From an uncultured Candidatus Micrarchaeota archaeon (GTDB taxonomy: Archaea > Micrarchaeota > Micrarchaeia > Burarchaeales > Fermentimicrarchaeaceae): a DNA stretch of 64,000 nucleotides. The translations under genes and the position numbers were made by a program. Positions 1-10,257 of this stretch are shown here, piece after piece (position 1 is the stretch's first letter; each line of letters starts with the position of its first letter). A model generated the notes under the pieces. It searched no databases. It was not told the DNA's origin and worked only from the letters and a program-made list of their open reading frames with translations. The DNA lies in assembly GCA_963760615.1 (NCBI GenBank), contig CAVXDX010000003.1:64001-128000 (forward strand), written 5' to 3'.

Positions 1-56
1 TAATCCTTGTATGAGTATGCCCAAAGTACGAGGCGACATAAAAACGAGGTGAGAAA

Positions 57-2780
57 TTGAAAGGATTGAATGTGAAAAGGATTGCGGCCTTAGCTGCTGG
101 TGCAGCTATACTGGGAGCAACTCTTGCGTATGCAGGGGCTGTGACCTATAGCAATACACCCATCATAAGTGCAGATGGGGCACCACAGGTTAAGGTTGTG
201 GTCGGAACGAATGCAGCAGCATCCGACGGTGTTGCAGCAGCCAACATAGCTGCGTTGATTGGGAACTTGGCTTTCAAGTCCCAGACAATAACGCCAACTG
301 TTGGTGGACTTACCAACCTAGGGTGCACAGTGAGTGGCGCTGGAGGAACTGGAACATGTGCCGTGAGCAACCAGAAGGTCACATTGGATGTGACTGTCCC
401 TGGTACAGTAGGCGGCGTGTATCCGTTCAACATATACATAAACGACTGGATTGACAAGAAGCTCGAGAACAGACTGGTTGTCGGAGCGGACGACGTCTAC
501 AACACACAGGTTGCCTGGTCGCCGTTTGTCTATGACCCAGCATCTGCCAATCAGATATCGGGTCAGTGGTCCTCCTTCAGGAGGGTAACCGCAACCGACT
601 TCCCGACGCTTCAGTCGCCGTCTGTAACAGACCCCTACGCAAACAAGCAATACACCGAGGAGCAGACCCTGTGGTTCCAGGGCCATGGCAAGTACGACTC
701 TTCAAGCAACAAGAAAGCCCTTGTAGCTGAGAAAGTAAAGGGTGCGTACCAGATTGAGTTCACGCAGGACCAGGCCGGAATTCCGACTGGAACATGCGAT
801 GCAACATCAGTAACAAATCTGGATACCCAATTCTCGAACAACACCAACAACCAGGGTAACTACAACCTATGCCCTGACAGCGATAAGACGGACAGGCACA
901 GAGTGTCTGTAGGCTTCCTTGGAGACACGTACATAATAAGCCAGATGACTCCACCAGCATACCCATACGCAGCAGATTCAACCTGCTCCGGAGTTGCCTT
1001 AATAAATGGCAGTGGATACCCATTGGTATCCAGTACAAGTGAGTGCACTGGTGGTTCAATAGCACTGGCAAAGGAGAGCGCATATGGACATGTGCATGTA
1101 GGTGAGAACCTCTCAGCCGGCGCATACACATTGAAGCTGGTTGATATTGAGGCACCACTAGGAGGCGGAGCAGAGTCCGCAGCTTCAATTGCCATATACG
1201 ACTCTACCGGGGCGCTGTTGCAAGAGGACAAGGTCCAACCCAACGAGCACTATACATGGACGGCCCCAGATGGATCCAAGGTAAGGATCAGGGTCTACAA
1301 GACAAACCCAGGTTACTACGCCTATGCAAAGTGGGCTGAGATGGCTGTATATTCCCAGGAGTTCACCATGAACGATGGGCAGCAGCTGAACACTGACAAC
1401 CAGAACTGGCAGGTTAGGCTTGTTTGGAGAAACAACCAACCAACCTACCTAAGCAAGGGCGCTGATGCACTGAGGAAGATAATAATATACGACAACCACT
1501 TCCCGCAAACGGCGGACGAGCTGATGTCTGGTGATACATACAACGTAATAACATCACCAGTCGCATTCCAGCTGCAGTTCGGCGGTCTAACGCTAGGAAC
1601 CTCAGACTACGACACTCTGAGCTTTCAGATATCGCAGAACTCTGGGTTCACAATACAGACAAACTACGATGCGCAATGCACAGGAACGGGAAGCAGCGTC
1701 GGTTACCTCTCGGGTAACTTCCTTGAGGTGCACAGCAATGTAGCTGGCGCATTCCAGCTGAGTGGCTCAGAAACATACCAGGTCAGTGACTTCTACATCT
1801 ACATGGGCAACGGCACTGCAGATAGCAGCAACGCATTAGTGGCTGTTGATGGAAACGTACTCTTCCAGAAGCCATCAGCAAGCTGCTACTACACGATGGC
1901 AACACAGCCAATAATCTCGTACCTGGCAGGGGATGCAACAGCAGACGACTCCCTTGTGCAATACACCAACCACACCAACTACACTGCTGGTGGTACGGCA
2001 TACATGTTGCTCAGGGAATCGGCGTCATCCTCATCCGGAATTACGGATAGGTGGCTAGTGCCGATATACCTAGACACAACCGACAACAAGGACAAGTTCC
2101 TGCTGACCACATCAGCAACAAAAGAGATATACTACCTAGGAGTGAGCGGTGGGTCGTATATAGACACCAACCTAGCAATAGGCACCACTACAGCCGAGGA
2201 AGGCTACTACTCTGAGAGGGGCTCTCAGTTTGCCAGCATGGATACAGGCTCCGTTGTATTCAACAGAGCGAGGAAGCTGGGCGAGCTGAAGTTCTTCGTG
2301 AAGAGCCAGGGTGCAAACACAACCACAGCAACCACAATTGGACCTCTTGGTGTGAATGAGACAGCCAACGTCGGTGGTGGAGTGACCATAAAGGTCGACA
2401 GCATCACCTCGACAGTTGGAACCTGCACAGCAGGTCCAAACGCACAGTGCACAGTGACAGGCCAGAATGGTTTGACAGTGACTGGAGTCCCGGCAACTGC
2501 TGACACAAGAGTTGCCCTACCCATCACAACGGACCCACTGGTACTGCTTGACAGTCAGGCATCATCCTCTGCTACTTTGATAGTAGTTGGAGGGCCGGTT
2601 GTCAACACAGTGGCCGACGATGTGATGAAGAACACTCCAGGGCTGACACTGGCAAATCCAGGTGACTACATAGCACAAGCAGTCGGCAACAACAGAATCC
2701 TGGTTGCAGGATTCAATGGAGTCGACACAACGACCGCTGCCAACAAATTCATGGCTGACTTGATTGCCGCAGCGCACTAA
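57..2780 (+). CDS. S-layer protein (S_layer_N/S_layer_C type)
   Basis: 907 aa; TTG start after GAGGTGA RBS; signal peptide MKGLNVKRIAALAAGAAILG; conserved N-terminal VVVGTNAAASDGVAAANIAA and C-terminal LIVVGGPVVN...ILVAGFNG motifs; Thr/Ser/Asn-rich with many N-x-S/T sequons; followed by a strong terminator. Confidence 0.85.
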   Translation: MKGLNVKRIAALAAGAAILGATLAYAGAVTYSNTPIISADGAPQVKVVVGTNAAASDGVAAANIAALIGNLAFKSQTITPTVGGLTNLGCTVSGAGGTGTCAVSNQKVTLDVTVPGTVGGVYPFNIYINDWIDKKLENRLVVGADDVYNTQVAWSPFVYDPASANQISGQWSSFRRVTATDFPTLQSPSVTDPYANKQYTEEQTLWFQGHGKYDSSSNKKALVAEKVKGAYQIEFTQDQAGIPTGTCDATSVTNLDTQFSNNTNNQGNYNLCPDSDKTDRHRVSVGFLGDTYIISQMTPPAYPYAADSTCSGVALINGSGYPLVSSTSECTGGSIALAKESAYGHVHVGENLSAGAYTLKLVDIEAPLGGGAESAASIAIYDSTGALLQEDKVQPNEHYTWTAPDGSKVRIRVYKTNPGYYAYAKWAEMAVYSQEFTMNDGQQLNTDNQNWQVRLVWRNNQPTYLSKGADALRKIIIYDNHFPQTADELMSGDTYNVITSPVAFQLQFGGLTLGTSDYDTLSFQISQNSGFTIQTNYDAQCTGTGSSVGYLSGNFLEVHSNVAGAFQLSGSETYQVSDFYIYMGNGTADSSNALVAVDGNVLFQKPSASCYYTMATQPIISYLAGDATADDSLVQYTNHTNYTAGGTAYMLLRESASSSSGITDRWLVPIYLDTTDNKDKFLLTTSATKEIYYLGVSGGSYIDTNLAIGTTTAEEGYYSERGSQFASMDTGSVVFNRARKLGELKFFVKSQGANTTTATTIGPLGVNETANVGGGVTIKVDSITSTVGTCTAGPNAQCTVTGQNGLTVTGVPATADTRVALPITTDPLVLLDSQASSSATLIVVGGPVVNTVADDVMKNTPGLTLANPGDYIAQAVGNNRILVAGFNGVDTTTAANKFMADLIAAAH

Positions 2781-2788
2781 GTAGTCTG

Positions 2789-2826
2789 AAAGGGCGCAAG
2801 CCCTTTTTTCCTTCTTTTTTATTTTC
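2789..2826 (+). terminator. Hairpin plus T-tract terminator of the S-layer gene
   Basis: AAAGGGC-GCAA-GCCCTTT (7-bp stem, GNRA loop) followed by a long T-rich run, 8 nt after the TAA. Confidence 0.7.
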
Positions 2827-2906
2827 ATAAATACCAGCTTAGGCTTTGCCCTTATCACAATTAAGTTTATATATTGGTCTTCCCAATTTCTTAGCGAGGC
2901 GATCAG

Positions 2907-5006
2907 ATGAGAAAGGGAATCTTACTTCTGTCTCTGCTATTGGTAATTTCAATCTCCAAAGCCCAAAACATGACAGACTTCATCACTCCATATCTATATC
3001 ATGGCGAGAACTATTCAAAAGATGTGCGAGTAGTGAATATAGCTCTGTCCTATGGAAACTACTCCCTTGTAACAATAAACAACACATCCACCTTCCTGCT
3101 TAATATGAGCGGGGTTGTATCATTTATCGAAGACCAGGCGCAGGTGTCCTCAATACTCAATGACTACTACAGAGTTTCAGTCTACCCAACAAAAGCTGAA
3201 CTGGATGACCTGAACTTCTCCTTCAACTCATTTCTCTCAAGCAGAGGTTCTCTTGAGCTCGAATGCAGGGTACTAACCGGGTTGTCAACCCCCGATGGTT
3301 TCCCCCAACAAACATGCACAACAGCTAACAGCTGTGAGTCCTGCCGCACAGTTCCGGTCTGCCATGACTACCTGGTCCATACCGTGACATCGCCAGACAT
3401 CATGTCCAGCCCGCTCGCGCAATCAATTATGGCGATGGAATCCGATTTTGAAATAATAGACAACAACACATTGAACTTTAAAGCGAGCATGGCAAATATG
3501 AACTCCGATGTCTCATCCTCCTTAACTGCCATGCAGGGCAGCCTCAGCTCCATTAAGTCCGCTGTGACTGACCTGGGCGTGCCTCCAGCCTCAAGAATCT
3601 TTGAACAGTATGCTGTAACCCACAGCAATGATGCCCTGGAGTTCTGTAGGGACTTCTATTCGCCATACAATATCACTGCTCTCAATGATGCAGCTAGCAA
3701 GGCAGCTGCCCTGAGCTCTCGGGTCCCCACTCAGAGCATGATAGCTGGCCAGATTGCATCGGTTATAAACAAAACTGCAGAGAGGAAGCTCAACAGAACC
3801 GTCAGGGAGCAGAGAGAGGCGTTTGATGCCAAATATGCGGTCTGGCTTGTCATAAGGGACAACATTACTGAGAAGGCGAGTGAGCTGCTCCCGCACGTGC
3901 GGGATAACCAGACATCCACTAAACTTGCCGAACTTGATAACCTGCTCTCACAAATAAGGCAGCTTGGCGATGCACGGCAGTATAGCCAAGCAGACCTGCT
4001 CGCCCAGAACTTCTCCCAGAGCGCAAATGCAACAGATTCATACATCTCAGGGCTCCTTACATCCTATGATTCTCTTGTAACGGCCAACAGCTCTGCTTCG
4101 GATGCGCTTTTCGAGGCGCGCCTGTATGTAGAGCCAGACGACTTTGTTACCCTTGATAAGCTGGAAGGGTTCTACACTCGGAAAGCATCTCTTGAATTCA
4201 CAGTATACAACGAATCTCCAATGCCCATCTCAGAGGTTAACAATATCACTGACCAGCTTAACAGCATACGGCTGAACGCCAATTCAATAAGAGATGAGAG
4301 GGCAAGTGCCAGTTCCCAGCAGGTGGATAACCTCGTGGCAATCATAGCAAAGCCTGCGGTCTCTTTCTCTCTCAATGTTATAAACTCCTTCCTGCCGCTC
4401 TCCTATGCAGACAAGGAGAAGGATGCGACTGCAGTAATTGGCGTGCTGCTTGTCGTAGGAGACATCATAATATTCCTCGCAGTCCTGGCGGCATTCTTCT
4501 TCCTTGTGCGCTCAAGAAGGATAGAGCTGCATAGATTGGCTAAAATGCTGTGGGCATTCATATTCGCTTTCTTCCTGCTGCTCCTGGTGCTTGGCTCGCT
4601 CACCATCTACAGCGTGGCGGACATGCAGTCCCACCCAACAACCTTCGGCCCGTTCCTCTCGGAGTTCAGGAACTCTGCCAGAGTCGGCGTGGTTGCCGAG
4701 CTGACAAACCTCAACGGGACGATGAGGGAGAGCATGATAAACTGCTCATCAAAAATTGCATCAAAAATGGAGTCCCTCAAAAAGAGCGTAATATACTATA
4801 AATTTGATAATGACAGCTGCATTACAGATAACAACACCATGAGCCTATCCACCTGCCAGAATTCCCTCGATGCCAACCCAATAGTGATACTGCGAAGCGG
4901 AGCGGAGAATAAGGCGACGTTCAACGTGTTCTACACAAAAAAGGCAGTTTTTGAAGGTGATGAGGAATTCTTCAGGGAATGCGCCATAACAAAGGTGCTC
5001 AGCTAG
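2907..5006 (+). CDS. Hypothetical large membrane-anchored surface glycoprotein
   Basis: 699 aa; signal peptide, Cys-rich segment, long helical/coiled-coil region, many sequons, two TM helices around a basic loop (RSRRIELHRLAK), C-terminal 4-Cys domain. Confidence 0.75.
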   Translation: MRKGILLLSLLLVISISKAQNMTDFITPYLYHGENYSKDVRVVNIALSYGNYSLVTINNTSTFLLNMSGVVSFIEDQAQVSSILNDYYRVSVYPTKAELDDLNFSFNSFLSSRGSLELECRVLTGLSTPDGFPQQTCTTANSCESCRTVPVCHDYLVHTVTSPDIMSSPLAQSIMAMESDFEIIDNNTLNFKASMANMNSDVSSSLTAMQGSLSSIKSAVTDLGVPPASRIFEQYAVTHSNDALEFCRDFYSPYNITALNDAASKAAALSSRVPTQSMIAGQIASVINKTAERKLNRTVREQREAFDAKYAVWLVIRDNITEKASELLPHVRDNQTSTKLAELDNLLSQIRQLGDARQYSQADLLAQNFSQSANATDSYISGLLTSYDSLVTANSSASDALFEARLYVEPDDFVTLDKLEGFYTRKASLEFTVYNESPMPISEVNNITDQLNSIRLNANSIRDERASASSQQVDNLVAIIAKPAVSFSLNVINSFLPLSYADKEKDATAVIGVLLVVGDIIIFLAVLAAFFFLVRSRRIELHRLAKMLWAFIFAFFLLLLVLGSLTIYSVADMQSHPTTFGPFLSEFRNSARVGVVAELTNLNGTMRESMINCSSKIASKMESLKKSVIYYKFDNDSCITDNNTMSLSTCQNSLDANPIVILRSGAENKATFNVFYTKKAVFEGDEEFFRECAITKVLS

Positions 5007-5013
5007 TGGTTCA

Positions 5014-5466
5014 ATGAAAAAATACATACTTCTTGTATTGCTTCTGCTTGTTGTCGCAGCGGGCGTATACCTCCACTTCCAAGGCGAGCAGCCCATAAGC
5101 CTGAACGATTTCAAAAAACAGCTCAACGAAAGCGAGAACATCTCGGTTGTGACTGATACTCGCTCATCCCCTGCCTCAGGCATCGTTATAAACTGCGGGC
5201 TTGCAGTGGTGACAAGGGTAAGCGGTATGGGCAAGAGCCCTAGATTTTTTGCCTATGAGGGAGAGCTATGCTTCTACTCAGAACCAGGGTCCAGCGCAAT
5301 CATAAACTCGTCAATAAAGGACTGTGAATCCCTCATTTCAAACTCAACTGTGTTCTATATACGCTATAACTCTGCAAAAAATTCAACAACTTTCTATAAA
5401 TCGAGAGCTGTAATGGAAGGAGATGATGACTTCCTGGCGGACTGCCCAATCTCAAAGATAATCTGA
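5014..5466 (+). CDS. Hypothetical membrane-anchored protein paralogous to the C-terminal domain of the upstream gene
   Basis: 150 aa; N-terminal signal/anchor; FYKSRAVMEGDDDFLADCPISKII aligns with FYTKKAVFEGDEEFFRECAITKVLS; four Cys conserved. Confidence 0.75.
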   Translation: MKKYILLVLLLLVVAAGVYLHFQGEQPISLNDFKKQLNESENISVVTDTRSSPASGIVINCGLAVVTRVSGMGKSPRFFAYEGELCFYSEPGSSAIINSSIKDCESLISNSTVFYIRYNSAKNSTTFYKSRAVMEGDDDFLADCPISKII

Positions 5467-6663
5467 CTATTTGTACCTCAAAAATGCCCCTATCCCCCTG
5501 AACCCCTGCAGGAACTGGCTCCCTTCTGCAGTGTCGGTCGATATCATCTCAACCTTGACATTCTTCGACTCGGCGAGCTCTATGAGCTCATCGGCCAGCT
5601 CCCTTTTCTCAACAACCCTCATCTTTCCCCCGCAGGAGCAGTTCTTTGGCTCACCCACTATGCCTGATTCTCTTCTTCCGCAGTTTGAGCACTCTGCAGT
5701 GGACCTCCTCACATCAAGCCCCTCCGAGAGCAGCAGCGTTTCCACCTTATTGCCCTCAAGAGCAGCCCTCACTTCCTTCTCTCCGTAGGTGGCCAGCCCA
5801 TCCTTCACTACTTCCTTCAGGAACCTGTCAACCAGCAGCTTCTCCTTAACTGCCTCCTGCTCTTCAATGAAGGGCTCGGCTTTATCCATCAGCTCCTTTA
5901 TGCCATACTCCTCGGTATAGCCGGTGTCAACCACCCCCAGCACTTTGAGCTGGTAGTTGAATGGGCTCATTTTCATGAAGTCCTCCTTTGCAGGGCCCGG
6001 ACCGCCAACTATTATTCCCTTTAGATTCTTAATGTTTACAAACACCTCATCCATTGCCTCCCCAATCCTCTTGTAGTACTTCTCTATGCTCTCCTCTATG
6101 AGTCGCTCATACCGACGAGCGCTCTGCCCTCCCTTTCCATGCAGTTTGGAATGCGCAGTCGAGTTCAGCTTCCTCACTATCCTAGTCTGCTTGCCCTTAA
6201 GGACTGCAATTGTGGCTTCCCGCCCGTCCATCACAACAAGTCCGTAGGTGTCCTTTGCTTCCAGCATTTCCTCAAGAGGCTCCAGGAAGAAGCTGGAATC
6301 GCACCTGTAGAGCTGCACGTGTATCTGTTCAGGTGGCGATATGGAATACAGCTGTATGTCAGGTCTGCCCTGCTCCTTTGAAACATTCCCGCAGAATATG
6401 GCAATCCCGTTCTCTGGCGGTTCTCTGAATATCTTGAGGTAGTTGATTATCTTCTCAAGTGCGTCAAGCACGTTCTTTCTTGTGCTTTTTGATTTTATGT
6501 TAGCCGCTTGTCCGTACTCTGCCTTGAGTTTGTTGCTTACATCAGCTATGGGGTATTTCGGGGGAATGTAAACAGAGATGAGCTCGGTTCCACTACCCGC
6601 AACGTTTCTCAGCTCCCTGAGCTTCTTCTTCATCTCATACATTGCTTTGCTCTTCTCCCCCAT
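5467..6663 (-). CDS. prf1: Peptide chain release factor aRF1
   Basis: GTELISVYIP, NIKS, YRCD and GGQ (KGGQSARR) motifs. Confidence 0.97.
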   Translation of the reverse strand: MGEKSKAMYEMKKKLRELRNVAGSGTELISVYIPPKYPIADVSNKLKAEYGQAANIKSKSTRKNVLDALEKIINYLKIFREPPENGIAIFCGNVSKEQGRPDIQLYSISPPEQIHVQLYRCDSSFFLEPLEEMLEAKDTYGLVVMDGREATIAVLKGKQTRIVRKLNSTAHSKLHGKGGQSARRYERLIEESIEKYYKRIGEAMDEVFVNIKNLKGIIVGGPGPAKEDFMKMSPFNYQLKVLGVVDTGYTEEYGIKELMDKAEPFIEEQEAVKEKLLVDRFLKEVVKDGLATYGEKEVRAALEGNKVETLLLSEGLDVRRSTAECSNCGRRESGIVGEPKNCSCGGKMRVVEKRELADELIELAESKNVKVEMISTDTAEGSQFLQGFRGIGAFLRYK

Positions 6664-6729
6664 GCGAATACCCTTATTAATCGGAATAGTCTCCCGTGCC
6701 TCTATAACAAATTTAATCCTAAGATACGT

Positions 6730-8259
6730 CTAAGCGAACTTCACCTCATCCTCAATTCTGACCCTTTTCCTAACTTCAGCAGGCCAGTTCTTCTCCTCAA
6801 GACCTTTCTGGGCGAGCAATGCGCATATCCACCTCTCGAAGCTGCCTCCGCCGCACCCGCTCCACAGCTCACCCTTGCTTGATTTCACGCTGAACGCTTT
6901 GGGGTACTTCTCTCCAATCACGCTGATATTCTGGATTTCAAGCCACTCGCTCTTGCCCCTTTCCCCCCTGTATGGAAGGTATGCTTCAAAATCCACAGTT
7001 CCGACACCCTCACCTGCCTTGTCCGCCAGCTTCTTATCACCTTCCTGTGCCATCCACCAGGGCACAACAGAATACTTCTTAGTTTCAAGCTCGAGCAGCT
7101 CATCAAGTATGAAGGTGAGCTTGTCTTCCACCTCTTTCTCTATGCTCCTTACCTGTTCAGGCGAGCCTATGAAGAGCGTCTCAGCCCTGTGGAACTCCTC
7201 AACTCTAGAAATTCCATGGGTGCCGCCAGCCTCATTCCTGTAGGTAGGCCCGCTCCAGTCATACAGCTTCAAAGGAAGGGACTCTTCCTTCACAACTTTG
7301 CCCTCGAGGAACTGCCAGAATGGCGGGCATTGGGCGTAGGAGAGAATTCCCACAGGCTCAACCTTCTTCATTATGCCCTCCTTATGAATTTCGCCTGTTA
7401 TCCGGAAGTAGTCCATTGTATCCTCCCACTCCTTTGGGCTGCTCACCTTCGGCACCATAACATAATATGCATCAGGGTATATGCTCTTTGCATGGCCTGA
7501 CTTCTTCGGCACATCCCACGGCTCAAACTTGGGGAATATCATCTCCCTGAAGCCCAAAGGCTCGTACAAGTTCTCCAGCAAAATTCCTCTCAGTGCATTC
7601 ACAAGCGAAGTGAAATTTCTGCCGTAGACGAACTGTCCCTTAGAGTGCGTTCTCCTTATCCAGCTGATGCTCTCAAGCTCTGAGCTGGGGTCTTTGTCAA
7701 AGAACATCTTTCTGGGCTTGCTCTCCCAGAGAAGCTTCTTTATCTCCGCCTTGCCCTCGTACTCCTGCCTCTCAGCCTTTTCCGCAACAAGCTCGATTAT
7801 CCTGTCAACCCCGCCAGCCTCCACAACATCTATTGGCAGCAAGGGGCTGAACCTGATGTCTGCCTTGTCACCTTTAACCTCTATGCTGTCGACATAAAAT
7901 GCAATTCTGATTGGCGCTTTCGGCTCCCTGCCAAGCTCAACTCCCTTCACTTCCAGCCTTTTAACATCAATTTTCCTCACCCCAGCCTTTATTTTTGCCC
8001 CCAGGAGATTGAGCTGATTCCTCAGCCTGAGAAGTGCGTCTGTTGCCCTGACATACCTGCCGCTCGCTATGGACACATTCAACACTTTTCCTTTAACGCT
8101 CCATCCCTTGAGCTGTGAAGCCTCGCTCTCCTTGCCCTTGGGAGCGCCTCTCTTGAAAAGCTCCTTATCCGCGTTAACCAAAACTTCTTCTATCTCTTTC
8201 TTTTTGCTTTCGATTTCATTGCTGAACTCAACAGCAGCTTCAAGCTCGAACAACATCAT
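6730..8259 (-). CDS. serS: Serine--tRNA ligase, methanogen (type 2) form
   Basis: N-terminal SGRYVRATDALLRLRN domain; YAQCPPFW, SGPTYRNE, EFHRAE, WLEIQN and WSGCGGG motifs with candidate Zn ligands Cys/Glu/Cys. Confidence 0.9.
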   Translation of the reverse strand: MMLFELEAAVEFSNEIESKKKEIEEVLVNADKELFKRGAPKGKESEASQLKGWSVKGKVLNVSIASGRYVRATDALLRLRNQLNLLGAKIKAGVRKIDVKRLEVKGVELGREPKAPIRIAFYVDSIEVKGDKADIRFSPLLPIDVVEAGGVDRIIELVAEKAERQEYEGKAEIKKLLWESKPRKMFFDKDPSSELESISWIRRTHSKGQFVYGRNFTSLVNALRGILLENLYEPLGFREMIFPKFEPWDVPKKSGHAKSIYPDAYYVMVPKVSSPKEWEDTMDYFRITGEIHKEGIMKKVEPVGILSYAQCPPFWQFLEGKVVKEESLPLKLYDWSGPTYRNEAGGTHGISRVEEFHRAETLFIGSPEQVRSIEKEVEDKLTFILDELLELETKKYSVVPWWMAQEGDKKLADKAGEGVGTVDFEAYLPYRGERGKSEWLEIQNISVIGEKYPKAFSVKSSKGELWSGCGGGSFERWICALLAQKGLEEKNWPAEVRKRVRIEDEVKFA

Positions 8260-8340
8260 AACACCTCTTCGAATTCTTTTTTACACAAGGCGTGACATGC
8301 TCCCATCTCTGAAGAGCGTGGGGTTCCCCGCTCGCTTCTG

Positions 8341-8898
8341 CTAATGCCTCAGTATCTCGCTTCTAGCCTGCTCCACCTGCATCCTCGCAACATCCTGTTT
8401 TCTCCTGAAATTTGGGATAAGGGAGTTTGAAAACCTAATCGGCAGCAGCATTTCATAAAGCTCATCCATCCTTGAGAAGTAGTAATCCGCTTTCTTCCTT
8501 TCCCCTCTCTTGAGCTCTTCCAGCATTTCTCTCCTCAGCTCGCCCACGCAGTCAAGCAGGCCAAGCAGATAAGCCTTGAATGGAACCCCCAACTCCTCGT
8601 AGGTTGGGATGTCCTTCCTTGCAATTATTGAGAGCAGCACCTTTGCCTCGCAGTACTCCTGGTATGCCTGCAGTGCTATGTTGTCAAAGCCCTTCCTGTC
8701 TGCCATTTTTTCAACCAGCTTTTCAACAATACCAATCTGCCTCTCGCCTTCCTTCAGCTCCTTGGAGTGGATGCATTTTATGGCAACCGAGCATCCTCTC
8801 ACAATCTCCCTGGATATTCTGAGAAGGTCATCCTGCTCCCTTTCCTCATTTTCAAGAATCTTCACAATCTTCTCTATACTGCTTTCCAGTTTTTTCAT
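8341..8898 (-). CDS. Translin/Trax family RNA-binding protein
   Basis: QEYCEA and YLLGLLDCVGELRR motifs; LRRKQD-like C-terminus. Confidence 0.85.
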   Translation of the reverse strand: MKKLESSIEKIVKILENEEREQDDLLRISREIVRGCSVAIKCIHSKELKEGERQIGIVEKLVEKMADRKGFDNIALQAYQEYCEAKVLLSIIARKDIPTYEELGVPFKAYLLGLLDCVGELRREMLEELKRGERKKADYYFSRMDELYEMLLPIRFSNSLIPNFRRKQDVARMQVEQARSEILRH

Positions 8899-8943
8899 GA
8901 GTAAGTTATATTTATAAAGCTTTTAATATTATACGGTGATCGC

Positions 8944-9624
8944 TTGAAGATAGTCCTCTCAGTCGGTGGCAGTCTGCTGAATCCAGGCAAACCTGATTTT
9001 GATTTCATAAAAAAGCTTGCCTCACTTCTCAAGAAACTTAAAACTAAATATCATTTCGCTGTTGTCTGTGGAGGTGGTGTCCCAGCAAGGGAGCAGGCAT
9101 CCCACATAAGGAAGCTTGGGGGCAGCGAGTTTCTTGCAGATGAGACGGCAATTCTATGCACAAGGATGAATGCGCTTCTGCTGATGGCTTCGTTGGGAGA
9201 CGATGCTCACCCCTCTGTAACTGAGAGTTTCAGGGAAGCGGCTGGTGCTATGAACTCAGGCAGGATAGTTCTCATGGGGGGCACAATACCCGGGATAACC
9301 ACGGATACTGATGCTGCCCTCCTTGCAGAATGCACTGGGGCGGTGAGGGTAGTCAATCTCAGCAACGTGGATGGAATCTACACTGCAGACCCAAGAAAGG
9401 ACAAGGGGGCCAGGAAGCTGAGCCACATGGGTTTCAGCCAGCTTGTCGAACTCGCGTCTAAGCATGATGAGAGAAAGGCAGGTACGCGGTTCATATTTGA
9501 CGTTATAGCATGCAAGCTTATTGCCCGTTCTGGGATAGAGACACATTTTGTCTATGGAAAGAACTTCCATGATGTGCAGAGCGCAATTGAGGGAAAAAGG
9601 CATTCTGGTACTGTTGTGAAATAA
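8944..9624 (+). CDS. pyrH: Uridylate kinase
   Basis: SVGGS, VCGGG.AR, GGTIPGITTD, NVDGIYTADP motifs. Confidence 0.95.
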   Translation: MKIVLSVGGSLLNPGKPDFDFIKKLASLLKKLKTKYHFAVVCGGGVPAREQASHIRKLGGSEFLADETAILCTRMNALLLMASLGDDAHPSVTESFREAAGAMNSGRIVLMGGTIPGITTDTDAALLAECTGAVRVVNLSNVDGIYTADPRKDKGARKLSHMGFSQLVELASKHDERKAGTRFIFDVIACKLIARSGIETHFVYGKNFHDVQSAIEGKRHSGTVVK

Positions 9625-9717
9625 ATGCTTTTAGAGGTGAAAAAGGGAAAGATTTAAAAAGGGGGGCTGAAAATAGATTATATCAACAGGTATGTTAACA
9701 TCAAGAGGTGATTTTGA

Positions 9718-10257
9718 ATGAGAATGAGAAAGGGTCAAACAGCCATGGAGTACCTTATGACCTACGGGTGGGCAATCTTGATCATAATGGTAGTTCTGGC
9801 AGTGCTTTTCTATCTGGGAGTTCTTAACCCACCAATACCGGAGCAGTGTGTATTCCCCGCGGGTATCACATGCATTAGCAGCAAGCTTAATACCACAGGT
9901 GGCCTAACTCTCATCATAGGACAGGGAACAGGACATCCAATTCAGGTGACAGGAGTTAACTGCACAATGAACAGCTCAGCTGCGTGGGCGACGGATAATT
10001 CTGCTAGCCTCGTCTACAACCCAAATACACTCAATACCCCGGTTAACATCACATCAGGAGGCCAGGCGACTGTTGCTCAGATAGCCGGTACAGGAGGCAT
10101 TGGCTCCGTGGCATGCAAGGATGCAAACGGTAACGTAATTGCAGGAGTTGCCGCAGGCTCTGCCTTCAACGGTAAGATATACATAAAATACACTGAAACA
10201 GATACCTCAATAACCAGAACCGTAGTGGGCACATTCGCAAAGAGGTATGAGATCTAG
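9718..10257 (+). CDS. Type IV pilin (class III signal peptide), copy 1
   Basis: RKG/QTAMEYLMTYGWAILIIMVV prepilin site with +5 Glu; own TATA (GAAAGATTTAAAAA) and GAGGTGA RBS. Confidence 0.9.
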   Translation: MRMRKGQTAMEYLMTYGWAILIIMVVLAVLFYLGVLNPPIPEQCVFPAGITCISSKLNTTGGLTLIIGQGTGHPIQVTGVNCTMNSSAAWATDNSASLVYNPNTLNTPVNITSGGQATVAQIAGTGGIGSVACKDANGNVIAGVAAGSAFNGKIYIKYTETDTSITRTVVGTFAKRYEI

